Source of the DNA: Acidimicrobiales bacterium
GTDB lineage: Bacteria; Actinomycetota; Acidimicrobiia; Acidimicrobiales; GCA-2861595
Assembly: GCA_030448025.1 (NCBI GenBank)
Contig: JAUJNQ010000002.1
Span: 406,971-462,982, forward strand
DNA length: 56,012 nucleotides
Direction: 5' to 3'
The notes under the pieces are model-generated. The model saw only the letters and a program-made list of their open reading frames with translations. It searched no databases and was not told where the DNA came from. The position numbers were made by a program, and so were the translations under genes. Below are positions 1 to 9,493 of this stretch, in pieces. The first letter of the stretch is position 1, and the number at the start of each line of letters is the position of its first letter.

Positions 1-1
1 C

Positions 2-895
2 GGCGGCGAGCCCCGGCCAAAGGTCACCGAAGGTGAGGTCCGAGGGGTCACCCAGCGCCCGGAGCTGCGCCGCCCGTCCTCCCGTGGCGGCGAGGGCGGC
101 GGTTAGCGCGCCCCGGCAGTCGGGATCGAGGGGCCCGGCGCCTCGCAGCGTCCCCGAAGCAAGGTCATCGAGAAGGTCCGGCCAGCGGTCGACGATGACC
201 TGGCGCAAGCGCAGCAGGGTGGACGGGTTCGCCGTGGCCATCGCCGTGAGGTTGCGCTCCGCGAGGGCGAGGGCGGCGATGGAGTAGTAGCGGGCGTCGT
301 AGTCGGCGATGGTGAGCGTGACGGGCGGGACGATGTAGCGGCGACGGATGATTCCCGGCATGCCTTCGAGGATCATCCCGCTGGCCGAGCCGAACGGCAT
401 GCCACTGGGACCATGACCCTCGACGGCCGGACCGCCGATGCCGAGGATCCGACCCGACAGGGACCCGGTGGCGGCGTGGACCATGGTGGCCAGGAGCCGT
501 TGAGCCTTCGCTTGGCGGTTCAGGCCGGTCGGGGTCACCGGGATGTTTTTCGGCTCGCCGGTGGTGCCGCTGGTGATGGCGTACATGATGGGCGCCTCGG
601 CCGTGAGGACCGCTTCGCCTGTGGTCTGCTGACGCTCGATGTGCGGGCGGAGCCCTTCGTAGTCGTTGACCGGTACTGCCTTGGCGAACTCGCCGTGACC
701 CCGGATCGAGCCGAAGCCTTGTGAGCGCCCGAACGTGGTGTCGGTGTTGCGGGCGAGAATCTCGGCCAGGACCTTTGCCTGCGTCCCGGCGGGGTTGGCG
801 GACTGCTCGGTCAGCTCACCCCATAGTGTCCGGCGTCGCCAGCGCATGCCCAGGTCCAGGGCCGCACCGCTGAAGGCGTCCATCAACTTGGTCAT
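2..895 (-). CDS. GH3 auxin-responsive-promoter family acyl-adenylate/amide ligase (runs off the window; 3' part missing)
   Basis: Manual translation from ATG at 895: ...NTDTTFGRSQGFGSI...VPVNDYEGLRPHIER...YAITSGTTGEPKNIPVT (GH3 P-loop-like TSGTT motif). ATG overlaps the upstream stop (ATGA). Not in the ORF track because it has no stop in the window. Confidence 0.85.
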   Translation of the reverse strand, partial: MTKLMDAFSGAALDLGMRWRRRTLWGELTEQSANPAGTQAKVLAEILARNTDTTFGRSQGFGSIRGHGEFAKAVPVNDYEGLRPHIERQQTTGEAVLTAEAPIMYAITSGTTGEPKNIPVTPTGLNRQAKAQRLLATMVHAATGSLSGRILGIGGPAVEGHGPSGMPFGSASGMILEGMPGIIRRRYIVPPVTLTIADYDARYYSIAALALAERNLTAMATANPSTLLRLRQVIVDRWPDLLDDLASGTLRGAGPLDPDCRGALTAALAATGGRAAQLRALGDPSDLTFGDLWPGLAA

Positions 896-2355
896 GACGA
901 CGCGACGGCCCGCCGGAAGGGGGCGGCGACCTGCCCGACGAAGGTCGTCGGATAAGACGGTTCGCCATTGCCGAGCTCGCCGACCTCGCGATCGGCGGGC
1001 AGGTACCGCGTGCCGAAAAGCGTGTCCCAGATGATGAGCTTGTTGCCGTAGTTGTGGTTGGCGTCGCGGAGGTCGGCCGCGTGGTGCCACCGGTGCAGTT
1101 CGGGCCCGGCGATCAGCTGGTTGAGCGGACCGAGCCGCACGTCGCAGTTGGAGTGCTGGAAGAAGCCGTTCACCGCATAGAAGACGTAGTAGCCGGCCAG
1201 GACCCGGGGGTCGACGCCGAGAATGACGAACGGGAGCGTTTCAACGAGGGACTGAAGTACCTCGTCCAGGGGGTGGAAGCGACCGACGTTGAGCCAGTAG
1301 AGCCGGTCGGGTGAGTGATGGATGGCGTGGAGCCCCCAGAGGGTCGGGCTGTTGTGCGTGGCCCGGTGCAGCCAGTAGCGGAAAAAGTCCGCCACGATGA
1401 GCATCAGCGCCACCTGCACGATGCCGGGAAGGCGGTGAGGCCACAGGTGGTCCACCTCCCAGACCGAATCGGCGAACGCACTGGCGCACAGCGCGAAGGC
1501 GATCCCTGCGAAAGCCGGGACGACCATCTGCACCACGGCCATGAAGGCCATGTCGGTCGTGACCGTGCCGCGGTCGGGTCCCCATGCCGCCCGGTACGGC
1601 CAACGCTGCTCCACAACCGTGATCAGGATCGCCGCAACAAGGATCGGACCGTAGGCGGCGACGGCGGTGGGGGTGCCGCTCCGGTCCAGCAGGTAGAAGG
1701 CGACACAGGCACCGATCGACACCAGGGGATAGAGGAGAACCCGCGGCGCTGCCGCCGGCATCGTCCAGCCGCCGGACTCGTGATGCATCCAGGTGAAGAG
1801 GAAGCTGGCAAGAACGAGGTGGAAGATCGTCGGGAGCCGAGCGTCGAGCCACCCCCCGTCGGTGGCGAAGGTGAGACCGGCGATCAACCGGAAGGCCATC
1901 ACCGCGAGGTAGATGACTGCGAGGGCAGAGACTGCCCGTCGCCATTCCTGCGGCAGGCGGCGCTGGCCTCGGCTGACGGCTCGGACCACCCGGAGCTGCC
2001 CAGCGACGATCACCAACTGCAACGCGACGAGGACCGCGTACGGGAGCGCGCCGCTCTGCCATTCCTCGAAGCCAGGCAGGACGTCGACGGGGTGGAAGTA
2101 CTGGATGAGCTGGACAACGACACGACCGACGAACAACACGGCCAGCAGCGCCAGGAGGCGGGCGTGGAACCGCGAACTGCCGGCACGCTCCGTCGGCTTT
2201 CTTTGTTCCGCTTTGGCGGTTGGGATCTTTCCCGACTCGGTCCCGGGTTCGTACGGTGATGCCACATCGGCACCATAAGCGTGGATCACGTCTGGGGGCA
2301 TCCGGGATTCCCCTCGTTGCCGGCTGGGGAACCCCCTATTGGATGGCGAGGACAT
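892..2355 (-). CDS. Sterol desaturase / fatty-acid hydroxylase family membrane protein with an extra N-terminal membrane domain
   Basis: His boxes HRATH, HAIHH, FQH and HRWHH, plus NYG...WD.LFGT; several TM segments. Start uncertain (ATG 2355; ORF track 2379). Confidence 0.85.
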   Translation of the reverse strand: MSSPSNRGFPSRQRGESRMPPDVIHAYGADVASPYEPGTESGKIPTAKAEQRKPTERAGSSRFHARLLALLAVLFVGRVVVQLIQYFHPVDVLPGFEEWQSGALPYAVLVALQLVIVAGQLRVVRAVSRGQRRLPQEWRRAVSALAVIYLAVMAFRLIAGLTFATDGGWLDARLPTIFHLVLASFLFTWMHHESGGWTMPAAAPRVLLYPLVSIGACVAFYLLDRSGTPTAVAAYGPILVAAILITVVEQRWPYRAAWGPDRGTVTTDMAFMAVVQMVVPAFAGIAFALCASAFADSVWEVDHLWPHRLPGIVQVALMLIVADFFRYWLHRATHNSPTLWGLHAIHHSPDRLYWLNVGRFHPLDEVLQSLVETLPFVILGVDPRVLAGYYVFYAVNGFFQHSNCDVRLGPLNQLIAGPELHRWHHAADLRDANHNYGNKLIIWDTLFGTRYLPADREVGELGNGEPSYPTTFVGQVAAPFRRAVASS

Positions 2356-2521
2356 GTGAAGTCGGCGGCGCCCTCCCACTTAGCGACTCCGTTGGGAACG
2401 CTCGGGAACGGCACGAGTGTGGCGCGAGGTATCGCGACCGCGAGGGCGCACCGAACCTTGCATCGCTCGTGGCATGGCCTGCCTTCGACCGCTGTTCGAC
2501 CGCGCGGGTTCCTATTTCTAC

Positions 2522-4044
2522 TTACGTGTCGTCGAGACCACCGCCGCCCCCGCCCTCGGCAGGTTCCGCAATCGGGGCGAGCGCTCTAAGCAGCGTCGCG
2601 TCGAGCGTCTTTGGCGACCAGCCGCCCGGGCGGGTGAGCGCGTCAGTGAGCACCTCGCGCAGCAGCTTCACGGCGACGTCGCAGTGTCGTATGTGCTGTC
2701 GCCGAGGGTCATTCGTCGCGAACGATCGCCGGGCGTGCCGTGGACGACTGCTGACCGGTGTGAGTACACCTTCCTTACCAACTCGTAGACCGTCTGTGCG
2801 TCAGCGGGATCGCTCGCGCGAGTTGCAAGAGCAGTTGCCGCCCGCAGCGCAAGGCGGTGCGAGAGTTCGTCGCGTCCCTCGCTGAGCAAGGCTTCCAGGC
2901 CGATACACGCGTCGATGGTTCGATCGTCGTCGGTTGCCCGCAGAGCCGCCAAAGACAGTCGCCGCGCCGCGAGCCGGACGTGTGCCGCGGCCGCACGCAA
3001 CGAGGACACGAGGGCCGGGACCAGTTGCAGGGCCTCGTTGGAGATCGGGTTTGGCGCTCGCAGCCAGCCGTAGTCGTCGAACGAGTCGGGGTAGCGGCGA
3101 AAGGTTGCCACCGTCGTCAACGGGGGGAGGTCGTAGTCCCACCGATCGGCCCAGCCGAGCGGACGACGGAGCACCTGCGCGTACCCGACGTCGATGTGGG
3201 TGGCGATGCGCAGCGCCTCGCATACGAGATCGGCGTCGTCCAGCGGAACCGGTTCGTTGTCTCGGCCAAACAGCCTCGGTCCCGGTCCTGGATTGGAGAG
3301 CTGGCGTCCGGACACGACCAGCGCGTGGGTCGCGGCACCAATCACGGTGTCGGGGACGCTCGTGATCGAGTAGTCGCCTGGGGCTCTCGCTGCCTGTGTT
3401 GCAGCGTCCATCGGTTCGATGCGGGTCGTGGCGTCGACGACCAAGACCTGACCGAGTTCGAAGGCGGTAAGCACGAGCGGGATGACGTACTCGACCGGGA
3501 GCGGATCGAGGAGCCACGCTCGCTCACGTTCCAGGTACAAGGGAAGTAGGGCGTCCTCGGTCGCCACCCCAGTTGCGCGAGCACGGTCGAGCAGGGATAG
3601 GGCGAGGTCTGCCACCTGGATTTCAAGCATCCGGTCCTCGATGTCAGCCCTGCCGGTCGCAGTGGCGATCGCCACCCGAGCGCGCAGGTCGTCGTGTGCG
3701 CGGACGTACAAGATGAGCGCGGCGAGTTCTGGAACATCGCTGTAGGCGATCGGCTTGAGCTGATCCCTCTTCGGTCCGAACAGCGCGGAAAAGTCGGTTG
3801 GCGCGTCGTCATGTGGGAACAGGCGAGAGCGGCTGAGGTTGGGCCAGCCGCGGTCGAATGCGGTGACGGACGGCAGCTCAATGCTTGGACGCCATCCACC
3901 ACGCTCGAGCTGTCGGTCGGCAGCGGCGCCGGCTGCCCACACGGCTGCTCGAGTTAGGTTCCAAAGCTCGGGCTCGATCGGCTGTACGCCAACGTTCGCG
4001 GGCGCGACGGGCGGCTGCGCGACATCGTCTATTCGAGAACCCAC
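2522..4044 (-). CDS. ApeA-like HEPN domain protein (putative RNase toxin/defence); 1-nt frameshift near 2681
   Basis: GLEALL..ELSHRLALRAA..VYSH-RSAVVH-G (HEPN RxxxxH). After ~2681 the helical C-terminus DVAVKLLREVLTDALTRPGGWSPKTLD continues in another frame to TAA at 2522-2524. GTG start at 4044 is a guess. Confidence 0.75.
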
Positions 4045-4476
4045 TAACCCATGATCTCCCCATCGGGCCTCGCCGCGCGCTGGACGGGATTGTCGGCTGC
4101 GCCGCCTGCCACAGATCGACGCTTCTCGTGCGGTTCTCAGCCATGGGCGGGGACACTGGGCACCGCCGGAGTACGGCACGGGTTGGGCGCGAGGTAACCG
4201 CGCCGTACATGGGCGCCTGGCCTCCCGCCCGAGGCAGCCTCCGGCCGGCGATCAGGGGCAGTTCCGACCCTCTTTGTAACCGCGCAGTAGTTGGCACATT
4301 CCCGCTCGACTACGCGCCGGCCGCGGCGGCACGTGGTGTCCGGTTACCGATGCTGCTCACTCCCACATACGCCGTGGTCAGACGCTGCTTTCGTCCAATC
4401 AGCGCTCACGCGGCGACGCACCCCGATCTGAACTTGGGGGATCGGGGCTACAACGCAGCCGCCGCACCAGGCGGCT

Positions 4477-5784
4477 CTAGGGCTCGCTGAACACCCGGAT
4501 GTCGCGCCACATGTTCTCGTGGCTCTGGTGCACCTCACGGACCCAGGCGGGCACGGCGCTCCAATCGACGGTCACCTCGCGCTCTCCCCATCCAACCCGC
4601 ACAATCCGGCGATCGCCAGCGAAATCGGCGACCAAGTCGCGGCGGACGAACAGCAGGTGTCCGCGCCACGGTTCCTCCGCGCGGAAGGTCGCCGACGCAC
4701 GGACCCCGTCGAAGCCGACAAGATCCAAGGTGCCGGGCAGCTGACGAAGCCCGAACCGGGCAGCGAACTCGAACGACGGCACGTCATAAGACCGCGTCAG
4801 CACCGTCGGTGAGCCGCCTTCACCGGTCGAGAGCTCTACGGCCACCTGCCCGAGCCCGATGCCTTCGTCGCGCCAGTCACGACGCAACGCAGGACGGGAG
4901 TAGGTGTCATCGTCACCGTCCTCGAAGCGCACCTCGAACCTGGGGCTCCACGGCACCTCCCCGGCGAACACACCACGGACTGTCGGGAGCTCAGGAAAAA
5001 AGTCGTTCCCGAGGTACTTGAGCCCGCCGATCATCTCGAGTGCGGGATCCACATCGGCAGGCTCCAAAAGGAGCGTGCGGAAGAACCCCCAGACGCGCCG
5101 CCCGTCACGCTTATGCTCCAAGAACCCCTCGACCAGCAGCCACCCGCCGGCGACGCCGTAGATCTCCTCAGGTGACCACAACTCCGCTGGCACGTGCACC
5201 GCACCGGTCCGGAGCCACACCTCGTCGGCCATCGATGCGGTAGGCGCCCACTCCGGGAGCGGGAGGGGAAGGACCGGGGGTTCATCGGGGAACGACGGGT
5301 CGATGTCGGGCGTCACGTTCCGCGCACCCCCGACCCGCTGGTCCCGAATCCGCCCGGCATCAGCGAGACGGCCGATCAGCTCGAAGTACGCGATCCAGCC
5401 GTACTTCGCCGCTCGGCCCTCCACGAATGCCAGCGCCTGCGCCACCGCCTCCACGTGGGCCCGGACCACCACCGAGGAGATCTGCGGGCTCCCGAAGGCC
5501 CACAGCAGCGACACCGACTTGGGGGCGGAGAAGGTGGCGTCGAAGGCCATGTCCCGCCGCCCCCGCTTGCCGGCCAGCAGGTCTGTCCCCACCTCGGGGT
5601 CATGGCCGTCGACCAGAGCCCGCAGGTCGTCGTGTCCCACAACTCCGGACAGGCCCAGCTCACCGGCCCATGTCCCGGCCCACACGCCTGGGGCCTCGCC
5701 GTGGCCCAGGTAGTACTCCTCCAGCCCCTCGGCTACGGCCGAGATGGTGTACTCGGCGTCGGTGAGGGCCGCCACCCTCAACAC
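4477..5784 (-). pseudogene. Chimeric ORF: MobF/TrwC relaxase N-terminus fused in frame to the C-terminal region of an unrelated large protein (Avs2/NACHT-like tail)
   Basis: EEYYLGHGEAPGVW..G..LGLSG..FDATFSAPKSVSLLWA..AH..AV = TrwC motifs I/II. The HUH motif and helicase are missing. At ~5410 the sequence switches to KYGWIAYFELIGRLAD..DIDPSF. Confidence 0.75.
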
Positions 5785-6488
5785 GGGTCGGCCCCTCCCC
5801 CGCCGCTGCCACCAAGGCCGGCCGCATCGGCCTCCCCGGAGGGGTGGCAACTGTCTGGAGTTCGAATCGGTGAGATTGCGTAGCGATGGTGGTGGTCGTC
5901 GTCGGGTTCGGTGTCGAGCTGGTCGAGTGGCGTTCTGTGCTGCGTTGAGGTCGGAGTTGGCGCTGTCGTTGATGACGTGGTGGTCGTGTCGTCTTCAGGC
6001 GCAGCGTCCTCACCGAGAAGGCTGAGTTGGGCGGCGCGTGAAACTGGGCTGTCGTCGGCGACCGGTGCCCGGCGCAAGCGCCGACGTCGTGCGCCGTCCC
6101 CAACCTCGGGACGCCCGGGCCTGTCCCCGTTCGAGGGACGCACGACTGTGCTAGTGGCGACAGGATCGGCGGCACCGAGCCGAGTCAGGCCGGAGATCGG
6201 TGTCACCACGTAGTGCGAGCCGTCGGCGGGCCGCTCGGTTGAACAGCGGAGGACGAAGCCGGCGGCGGCGAGCCTGACCAGGGCCCGGGCCACGGTGTCC
6301 TTGTCCAGGCCGAGCGCCGTTCCCAGCCGGCGCACGCTGGTGGTGGCGACCAGGCGGCCGTCTTCGCCTCGCTCGGCGCCGAGGGTCAGTTCCTCCAGCA
6401 CGGCCCAGGCCGTGGGGCCGAGCCCTGCCTTCGCGGCGCGCGCGGCGCCGGTGAGCACCACGGTCGGCTCTGGGCCGGGCTCGCTCAT
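5778..6488 (-). CDS. Winged-HTH protein of the element (replication/mobilisation accessory)
   Basis: GLGPTAWAVLEEL..TSVRRLGTALGLDKDTVARALVRLAAAGFV HTH; lies between xis and mobF, overlapping both. Confidence 0.65.
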   Translation of the reverse strand: MSEPGPEPTVVLTGAARAAKAGLGPTAWAVLEELTLGAERGEDGRLVATTSVRRLGTALGLDKDTVARALVRLAAAGFVLRCSTERPADGSHYVVTPISGLTRLGAADPVATSTVVRPSNGDRPGRPEVGDGARRRRLRRAPVADDSPVSRAAQLSLLGEDAAPEDDTTTTSSTTAPTPTSTQHRTPLDQLDTEPDDDHHHRYAISPIRTPDSCHPSGEADAAGLGGSGGGGADPC

Positions 6489-6775
6489 GGCCGGCGGCGC
6501 CGGCCCCCGTCCATGCCGCGCAACTGCGGTGCGGGTGCAGGGGGATCAGCAAGGAGGAACTGCTCGAGACGGACCCGGACCACTCGCAGGCAGCGGCCAA
6601 GGCGGACCACGGGGAGGCCCTCTCGCCCGCCGGTGGCCTCGAAGCGGGCGGCCAGCTCATAGGCCGTCCGGCGGCCAATGCGCAGCAGGGCCGCTGCCTC
6701 CTCGATGGTGAGCAGGTCGGCGACGTCGTTGGACAGGACGCTGGCTCGGCTGTGGGGCTCGGGGTGCTCCGCCAC
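6485..6775 (-). CDS. Excisionase-like HTH_17 DNA-binding protein
   Basis: LLTIEEAAALLRIGRRTAYELA..LPVVRLGRCLRV. Confidence 0.85.
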   Translation of the reverse strand: MAEHPEPHSRASVLSNDVADLLTIEEAAALLRIGRRTAYELAARFEATGGREGLPVVRLGRCLRVVRVRLEQFLLADPPAPAPQLRGMDGGRRRRP

Positions 6776-6840
6776 GGCCGGGGAAGTTACGCCCTTGTCA
6801 TTCCCTGGTCAACGGGTAGAATTACGGGGTCATGTACTCA

Positions 6841-6890
6841 TGGACACCAGGGGACACTAGGGGTTACCAGCGAGTACCAACGGACACTAG
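6841..6890 (+). repeat. Five phased, degenerate 10-bp direct repeats (consensus nGGACACyAG) in the xis/xre divergent promoter
   Basis: tggacaccag gggacactag gggttaccag cgagtaccaa cggacactag, immediately followed by the xre ATG at 6891. Confidence 0.7.
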
Positions 6891-7547
6891 ATGAACGAGA
6901 AAAAATCTTCGCCGAGGTCGCCTCGCAAGGCCCCAGAGGCTCGATATCGGGGCATGACGCCCAACCAGGTGGTGGCCTACAACCTCCTGCGGGCCCGCCA
7001 GCTCCGGGGCTTGACCCAGGACCAGGCCGCCGCCGCCCTCGAGCCCTACCTCGGACTGCGCTGGTCCAAGGCCAGCTTCTCCCAGGCTGAGCGATCCGTG
7101 GGGGGGAAGTTCGTGCGCCAGTTCGACGCCGACGAGGTGGTGGCCTTCGCCCGGGGCTTCGAGCTGCCCGTCACCTGGTTCTTCATGCCGCCTCCTGCGT
7201 GGAAGGACGGCGCCCCGGTCAAGCTCAGCACCCCCGACGCCCGGCGATTCGGCACCGAGCTGGCCCTGCTGGTCGACCTGGTCTTCGGGGACGACAGCCA
7301 CCACTGTCAACTTCTCGAAGCACGGCTGGCCGAGTTCCTGGACTCGCTCGGCCCCGACCGCCTCACGCAGGCGCAGGAGCAAATAGCCGGCGCCGCCCTG
7401 CGAGCCGCTGGGATCGTGCGACACCGGCTCGGTGATGTCGAACAGTGGGAGGAGTCGCTACGGGCAGTAGCCGATCACCTTGGCGGGCTGCGGAGGCAGC
7501 TGGAGGGGTCTGTGGGTGAGGCGGCAGAGAAGGACGGAGAACGCTGA
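6891..7547 (+). CDS. XRE-family transcriptional regulator (element repressor)
   Basis: NLLRARQLRGLTQDQAAAALE..WSKASFSQAERS HTH; divergent from xis and upstream of int. Confidence 0.8.
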   Translation: MNEKKSSPRSPRKAPEARYRGMTPNQVVAYNLLRARQLRGLTQDQAAAALEPYLGLRWSKASFSQAERSVGGKFVRQFDADEVVAFARGFELPVTWFFMPPPAWKDGAPVKLSTPDARRFGTELALLVDLVFGDDSHHCQLLEARLAEFLDSLGPDRLTQAQEQIAGAALRAAGIVRHRLGDVEQWEESLRAVADHLGGLRRQLEGSVGEAAEKDGER

Positions 7548-7575
7548 TGACGGCGATCGCGGAGGGAGTTCAGTC

Positions 7576-8709
7576 ATGGCTGTGAAGAGACTGTCGAGCG
7601 GAAAATGGGAGGCGTCGTACCGCGACCCGGTGGGTCGTGAGCGGATCAAGACCTGTCGCACGCGCGCCGAGGCGGACCGATGGCTCGCCGGCGTGAAGAC
7701 GGACATGGGACGAGGCGACTACATCGACCCGCGCCTTGCTCGCTCACGGTTCGGGGAGTGGGCCGAGGAATGGCTGGCGACGACAACGCACCTGAAGGCG
7801 AAGACCCGAGTCGACTACGAAGGAATGCTCCGTTGTCATGTCCTCCCGGCGTTCCGCGATCGGCCCATCGCCACCATCCAGCAGGTGGACGTTCGCCATT
7901 TCATCGCTGTGATGGCGGAGTCCGGGGCAGCAGCGGGCACCATCCGATCGGCCCGCAAGGTGCTCCGCCTGGTGCTGGCCACGGCCCAGAGCGCTGGGGC
8001 CGTCAAGGCGAACCCTTGCGACGGCGTGAAGGTGGGCCAGTCTCCGAAGGACGAGATGATCTTCCTGACCGCCGAGCAGGTTGAGAGGCTGGCCACCAGC
8101 ATCCGGCCGCCTTATGACACGCTCGTCCGCTTCGCGGCCTACACCGGTCTCCGGGCTGGCGAGGTCGGCGCCCTGAGGGTCGGGCGCCTGGAATTGCTGC
8201 GGGGACGGGTGCAGGTGGCCGAGTCGGTGACCGAGGTGCAGGGTCGGGGGCTTGTGTTCGGACCGACGAAGACCTACGAGCGTCGGGCGGCTCCCCTACT
8301 GCCCTCGGTGCGAGACGAGCTCGGTGCCATCCTCGCCGGACGGCCAGCTGATCCTGCCGCGTTCGTGTTCACCGCTCCAGAAGGCGGGCCTCTGCGCCAC
8401 AAGAACTTCTACCGGCGCCTCTTCAAGCCGGCCGTGTTGGCCGCCGACCTGCCCCAGGGGACGCGTTTCCATGACCTACGCCACACTTGCGCAGCGCTGA
8501 TGATCGCCCTCGGCGCTCATCCCAAGGCCATCCAGGAACGCCTCGGGCACTCGTCGATCACGGTCACCCTCGACCGCTACGGTCATCTCTTCCCATCCCT
8601 TGACGAGGCCCTCACGGCCCGCCTGGACGAGATGCGCCAGGACGCTCTCGCCGCACTGGGCAATCGGCCGCCGGCCGGGTTGGCCGCGGTCCGTAAACTG
8701 GGGGACTGA
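7576..8709 (+). CDS. Tyrosine recombinase/integrase
   Basis: N-terminal arm-binding WEASYRDP; catalytic YTGLRAGE, K, HDLRH, LGHS..TLDRY. ATG 7576 with upstream GGAG RBS. Confidence 0.95.
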   Translation: MAVKRLSSGKWEASYRDPVGRERIKTCRTRAEADRWLAGVKTDMGRGDYIDPRLARSRFGEWAEEWLATTTHLKAKTRVDYEGMLRCHVLPAFRDRPIATIQQVDVRHFIAVMAESGAAAGTIRSARKVLRLVLATAQSAGAVKANPCDGVKVGQSPKDEMIFLTAEQVERLATSIRPPYDTLVRFAAYTGLRAGEVGALRVGRLELLRGRVQVAESVTEVQGRGLVFGPTKTYERRAAPLLPSVRDELGAILAGRPADPAAFVFTAPEGGPLRHKNFYRRLFKPAVLAADLPQGTRFHDLRHTCAALMIALGAHPKAIQERLGHSSITVTLDRYGHLFPSLDEALTARLDEMRQDALAALGNRPPAGLAAVRKLGD

Positions 8710-8710
8710 G

Positions 8711-8914
8711 ATGGCAATCCAACCCGCCAAGGACAATCCCGGGGACCGGAACCCCGACACTGAACCGGTTGAGCCAGGGGACCACGCTGCTGACCGGCTC
8801 ACAGTCGACGAGCTGCTGCGGCGTGCCCGGCCGCTCCCCCCGCATGAGGAGATGGTGATCGAGGGCATCACGGAGGAAGAAGGCGCCGCCTTCCTCGCTG
8901 CACTCGACGATTGA
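8711..8914 (+). CDS. Putative antitoxin (67 aa, acidic C-terminus)
   Basis: MAIQPAKD...IEGITEEEGAAFLAALDD; its stop overlaps the TTG start of the PIN gene. Confidence 0.65.
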   Translation: MAIQPAKDNPGDRNPDTEPVEPGDHAADRLTVDELLRRARPLPPHEEMVIEGITEEEGAAFLAALDD

Positions 8915-9342
8915 ACGCCCGGCGGAGGCGTGGCCCAATCGTCATCGACACCAACGTGTTCGGCGCCGACCTTGTGCCGGGCTCGCTGCTCACCGAACTC
9001 TACGAGCCGCTCATGGTGGGGAGGGCTGCGTTCATCTCCTTCCAGACCGTCGCGGAGCTTCGCTTCGGAGCGCTACGCCGTGAGTGGGGCGCGCCACGCC
9101 TCCTCCAGCTCCACATGAAGATCGCCCGGGCTCAGGTGGTCCACTCCAACGAGAAGCTCGTCGTCACCTACGCCGAGCTGCGAGCGGCTTGCGAACGTTC
9201 CGGCCACGCTCTTGGCCAGCGGGACCATGACGCCGACCGTTGGATCGCGGCCACGGCCATCCGCCTTGGCGTGCCGTTGCTGTCGCACGACGGAATCTTC
9301 CGGAACGCTCCCGGCCTCGTTCTCGAGAACGCTGACGAGTGA
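8911..9342 (+). CDS. vapC: PIN-domain (VapC-like) toxin
   Basis: IVIDTNV, AELRFG, DADRWIAATA, LLSHD acidic PIN tetrad. Confidence 0.9.
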   Translation: MNARRRRGPIVIDTNVFGADLVPGSLLTELYEPLMVGRAAFISFQTVAELRFGALRREWGAPRLLQLHMKIARAQVVHSNEKLVVTYAELRAACERSGHALGQRDHDADRWIAATAIRLGVPLLSHDGIFRNAPGLVLENADE

Positions 9343-9391
9343 CCAACAGTGGCATCCCGTGCCCTTCAGGACCGCCCCGTGTCGCCTGGTG

Positions 9392-9421
9392 TCGCGGAGT
9401 TTCGCGGAGTTTTCGCGGAGT
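9392..9421 (+). repeat. Three tandem TCGCGGAGT repeats (probable integrase arm-type sites)
   Basis: Copies at 9392, 9402 and 9413, about 75 bp from the tRNA-Ala 3' end. Confidence 0.65.
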
Positions 9422-9493
9422 AGGCGCCGACCCACTCCGTTATCCACAGCTCGCCAGGGCCTGAAAAGCGCCTCTGACCTGCGCTGTTACCAG

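Larger units (their letters stand above)
2522..9493. mobile_element. Integrative mobilisable element at the tRNA-Ala 3' end (int, xre, xis, HTH, truncated mobF, vapBC, HEPN cargo); left boundary not located
   Basis: Tyrosine integrase, divergent excisionase and repressor, and relaxase N-terminus lie directly downstream of tRNA-Ala, with arm-like repeats at 9392-9421. No duplicated tRNA 3' end found in the window. Confidence 0.75.

Noticed and set aside
2390-2445. GGGAACG x2 and gtggcgcgagg... as the far att site of the tRNA-Ala element
   Set aside because: Similarity to the tRNA 3' end is too weak and the TCGCGGAGT arm motif is absent; the boundary is left undetermined.
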